From IMG/VR virus record IMGVR_UViG_3300037751_000108, positions 1 to 28,566 of that record: DNA of 28,566 nt; one strand, given 5' to 3'. The notes beneath the pieces are model-generated. The model saw nothing but the letters and a program-made list of their open reading frames with translations, did no database searches and was not told the DNA's origin. Position 1 is the stretch's first letter. Each line of letters begins with the position of its first letter. A program made the position numbers and the translations under genes. Below are positions 26,599 to 28,566 of the stretch, one piece after another. Source of the DNA: a virus. Lineage: Duplodnaviria > Caudoviricetes.

Positions 26599-27411
26599 GT
26601 GGCTTGGATTATATTAGAAGGTCTAGATAGAACCGGCAAATCAACTGTTGCTGAGTTATATCAAGAGCGTGGATTTAAAGTAGTCCACATGAAAGCACCA
26701 GACAAGAAGTATCTCCAATCAGGTTATGTTGGTCCTGGTTATATCGATGAGCTGATGGAGCTATATGTTAATCACTCCGGCCAAGATGTTATCTTTGATC
26801 GCTCGCCGTATGGTGAGTTCGTATGGCCAGAAGTATACGGACGAGAGCCACAGCTAACACAAGACGACATGGATGCACTTATTGAAATTGAAGAACAGAA
26901 TCAAGCAAGACGCATCCTGATGTATGATAAGAATGTAGATTTACATTGGCGTCGATGTGTCGAGAACAAAGAGCCGATGGATCGTAAGCAATTCGCTAAA
27001 GCTAGGGCATTGTTCGAGCTAGTTAGCACCGACTATAACTTTGAAAAGAAAGAGCTTACAGACTTTATATCTTCTGATATGTTGTTACAGAGAAATCAGT
27101 CTATTAGGGAGCAGATGAAGGATAAACCAACTGAAGCACCTAAGGTTGATAAGACTCAAAGTAAAAAAGTTGATCAGCCTAATCCTATATCGAAGTTGGA
27201 GACTGCCAACGCTATCAATGGTGTACTGTCTGCCCGCATTATAAAAAAGAAGGGTGGAATATTTGATACACTTGAGAACGATGTGAGAGAATTCTTAACC
27301 GATAGACTTAATATATTATTAGGTGGAGAAGCTAAGAGTTTTACTGAGGCCGAGGTAGAAATACTGAAGCTATATTGTAAAAGAATCAAAGATAAAGCGG
27401 AGGGAAAATGA
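26599..27411 (+). CDS. tmk: Thymidylate/dNMP kinase-like P-loop protein with C-terminal extension
   Basis: IILEGLDRTGKST (P-loop), VIFDRSPYGEFVW (DR motif). Confidence 0.8.
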   Translation: MAWIILEGLDRTGKSTVAELYQERGFKVVHMKAPDKKYLQSGYVGPGYIDELMELYVNHSGQDVIFDRSPYGEFVWPEVYGREPQLTQDDMDALIEIEEQNQARRILMYDKNVDLHWRRCVENKEPMDRKQFAKARALFELVSTDYNFEKKELTDFISSDMLLQRNQSIREQMKDKPTEAPKVDKTQSKKVDQPNPISKLETANAINGVLSARIIKKKGGIFDTLENDVREFLTDRLNILLGGEAKSFTEAEVEILKLYCKRIKDKAEGK

Positions 27412-28037
27412 AAAACGGCTTTAGACAACAAAAACAAGCAAGTAAGAAAGATCAGCTTAAACAACTAGCCCAGATGGTTCAGAACTTGCAGATGGCAGTT
27501 CGGGTCATGCAGATGGGTTTACAGCAGTTTGGTCAGAGCTTCCAAAGAATGGACGCCGACATTGGCAATGCGATGGGGGTCCTGAACGACATTCAGTATC
27601 GTACTCTTGCCATGGTGCAATCTGGAAAATTTAACAAAGAGGAGCTTGATAAGGTTGCAGAGGGTCTCAAGTTAGAAGACTATGAGAAGGCGTCAGACAA
27701 AGAAGATAAAGAGAGAGGTTACACAGTTGCAGATGTTGTTGCTGAAGATAGTGTGGTCATCTTGACTTCTGAGTGTAAAGAAGATAAATCCAAGTCCGTC
27801 TTTCGAACTAAGTTCAAGCTAGATGAATCTGGTAATCCTGAAGCTCAAGAGAAGTTAAAGGGTCTAAAAGTTGGCGACAAGGCAGAACTTAAGATCGGCA
27901 AGGACACCCACGAGGTTACAGTTCTTGGTGTTCGTACAGTTCCTACTCCTCCAGCTAAAGAAGAGCCTAAAGATGTAACCGCAGCTAAACCAGCAGTTCA
28001 AGAGCAGCCTAAGGAAGAGGCACCTGCAGTTCAGTAA
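27408..28037 (+). CDS. Coiled-coil + GreA/FKBP-like C-terminal domain protein
   Basis: N-terminal Gln-rich heptads; VAEDSVVILT...LKGLKVGDKAELKIG..HEVTVLGV resembles the GreA C-terminal/trigger-factor FKBP fold. Confidence 0.55.
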   Translation: MKNGFRQQKQASKKDQLKQLAQMVQNLQMAVRVMQMGLQQFGQSFQRMDADIGNAMGVLNDIQYRTLAMVQSGKFNKEELDKVAEGLKLEDYEKASDKEDKERGYTVADVVAEDSVVILTSECKEDKSKSVFRTKFKLDESGNPEAQEKLKGLKVGDKAELKIGKDTHEVTVLGVRTVPTPPAKEEPKDVTAAKPAVQEQPKEEAPAVQ

Positions 28038-28069
28038 CTCGTCTCTACGTCTGAGTATAAGGCGAGACG

Positions 28070-28492
28070 ATGAGCAAAGACACTAAACATCCGATGGACA
28101 GACGATGTCCACGTAAGCTAAAGGAGCAACCGGACTCATGGTGTCCGCTTGCCGTATTGCGCCTTAAAGCCCTAAGAAACGCCGGAAGAGAACTAACAGA
28201 GGAAGAGGAGCGTAAGCTACCTGGCTGTCCATGGGCAGTAAATCACCAGATGGCCAACTATTGCTTCTTCAACTACATGAGTCAGTTCCTAGATGAGAAC
28301 AGTCTACCATCAGAAACCGAAGTTGCCCACTTGTTAAACGTATCCCAAGAGACCGTAAAGAAGACTCAGAAATCTGCTTTAGATAACATACGTAACATAG
28401 ATGAATTTAAGCAGATAAAAGAGACATATGGGACAGACCCCGTAGTCGGTGAGTCGTCCTCAGATGAAGATCCGTACACCATAATCAAGTAA
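28070..28492 (+). CDS. Cys-rich domain + sigma region-4-like HTH protein
   Basis: RCP..WCP..GCPW..YCFF; SETEVAHLLNVSQETVKKTQKSALDNIR. Confidence 0.65.
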   Translation: MSKDTKHPMDRRCPRKLKEQPDSWCPLAVLRLKALRNAGRELTEEEERKLPGCPWAVNHQMANYCFFNYMSQFLDENSLPSETEVAHLLNVSQETVKKTQKSALDNIRNIDEFKQIKETYGTDPVVGESSSDEDPYTIIK

Positions 28493-28516
28493 GTCATAGA
28501 ATAGCCGTACCCGTAG

Positions 28517-28522
28517 TATAAT
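28517..28522 (+). promoter_or_regulatory. -10 box TATAAT (leaderless) inside a 9-bp inverted repeat
   Basis: TAGCCGTAC (28502-10) / GTATGGCTA (28527-35); ATG 28529 after a 6-nt spacer. Confidence 0.6.
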
Positions 28523-28528
28523 AAGTGT

Positions 28529-28566
28529 ATGGCTAAGCAACCCCTTAAAATAGACATGATTGCTGG
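28529..28566 (+). CDS. 5' end of next gene (MAKQPLKIDMIA...), truncated by window
   Basis: Open frame from ATG 28529 at leaderless spacing; too short to assign. Confidence 0.5.
   Translation, partial: MAKQPLKIDMIA

Larger units (their letters stand above)
1..28566 (+). mobile_element. Large tailed dsDNA bacteriophage genome segment
   Basis: Terminase large subunit, portal, gp32-like SSB, homing endonucleases, co-oriented tightly packed genes, many orphan ORFs; no rRNA or host housekeeping operons. Confidence 0.95.

Noticed and set aside
954-28557. Numerous short minus-strand and alternate-frame ORFs in the track (e.g. 2463-2990, 16728-17081, 8033-8323, 22632-22949)
   Set aside because: They lie wholly within well-supported genes, lack start signals and motifs; shadow ORFs
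1-28566. Stop-codon reassignment as in some huge phages
   Set aside because: All conserved genes are full length under code 11 and coding density is already very high
1-28566. CRISPR array, tRNA or rRNA genes
   Set aside because: No spaced direct repeats; intergenic gaps are under about 80 nt and show no cloverleaf
28529-28566. Prohead protease call for the final partial ORF
   Set aside because: Position is suggestive but 12 codons are insufficient evidence

Overview
Gene-dense (about 36 CDS, nearly all on + strand, standard genetic code) segment of a large tailed dsDNA phage (jumbo/huge-phage-like). It mixes nucleotide metabolism (dUTPase end, dNMP kinase), replication/recombination (DnaE-type polymerase with fused DEDDh exonuclease, gp32-like SSB, UvsY-like, RecA/UvsX, SbcC and SbcD, RuvC), a GroEL chaperonin, head assembly (TerS candidate, TerL, portal), two free-standing homing endonucleases, and putative transcription regulators (ECF-like sigma, Zn/sigma4-HTH protein, Gre/FKBP-like protein). 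Most notable: (1) an envelope block at 3564-6157 with a minimal ExbB/TolQ/MotA-like + ExbD/MotB-like ion-channel pair, a third membrane protein, and a membrane-anchored coiled coil ending in four predicted beta strands and a terminal Phe; (2) a repeated regulatory pattern in which (extended) -10 boxes sit 6-8 nt before SD-less ATGs (leaderless mRNAs) and/or inside inverted repeats that would mask the start site on read-through RNA; (3) an atypical PI3/4K/HipA-fold kinase; (4) a TerL with a C..CxxCPxxxxC insert; (5) three small apparent paralogues around recA. All calls come from motif recognition by eye, with no database searches.
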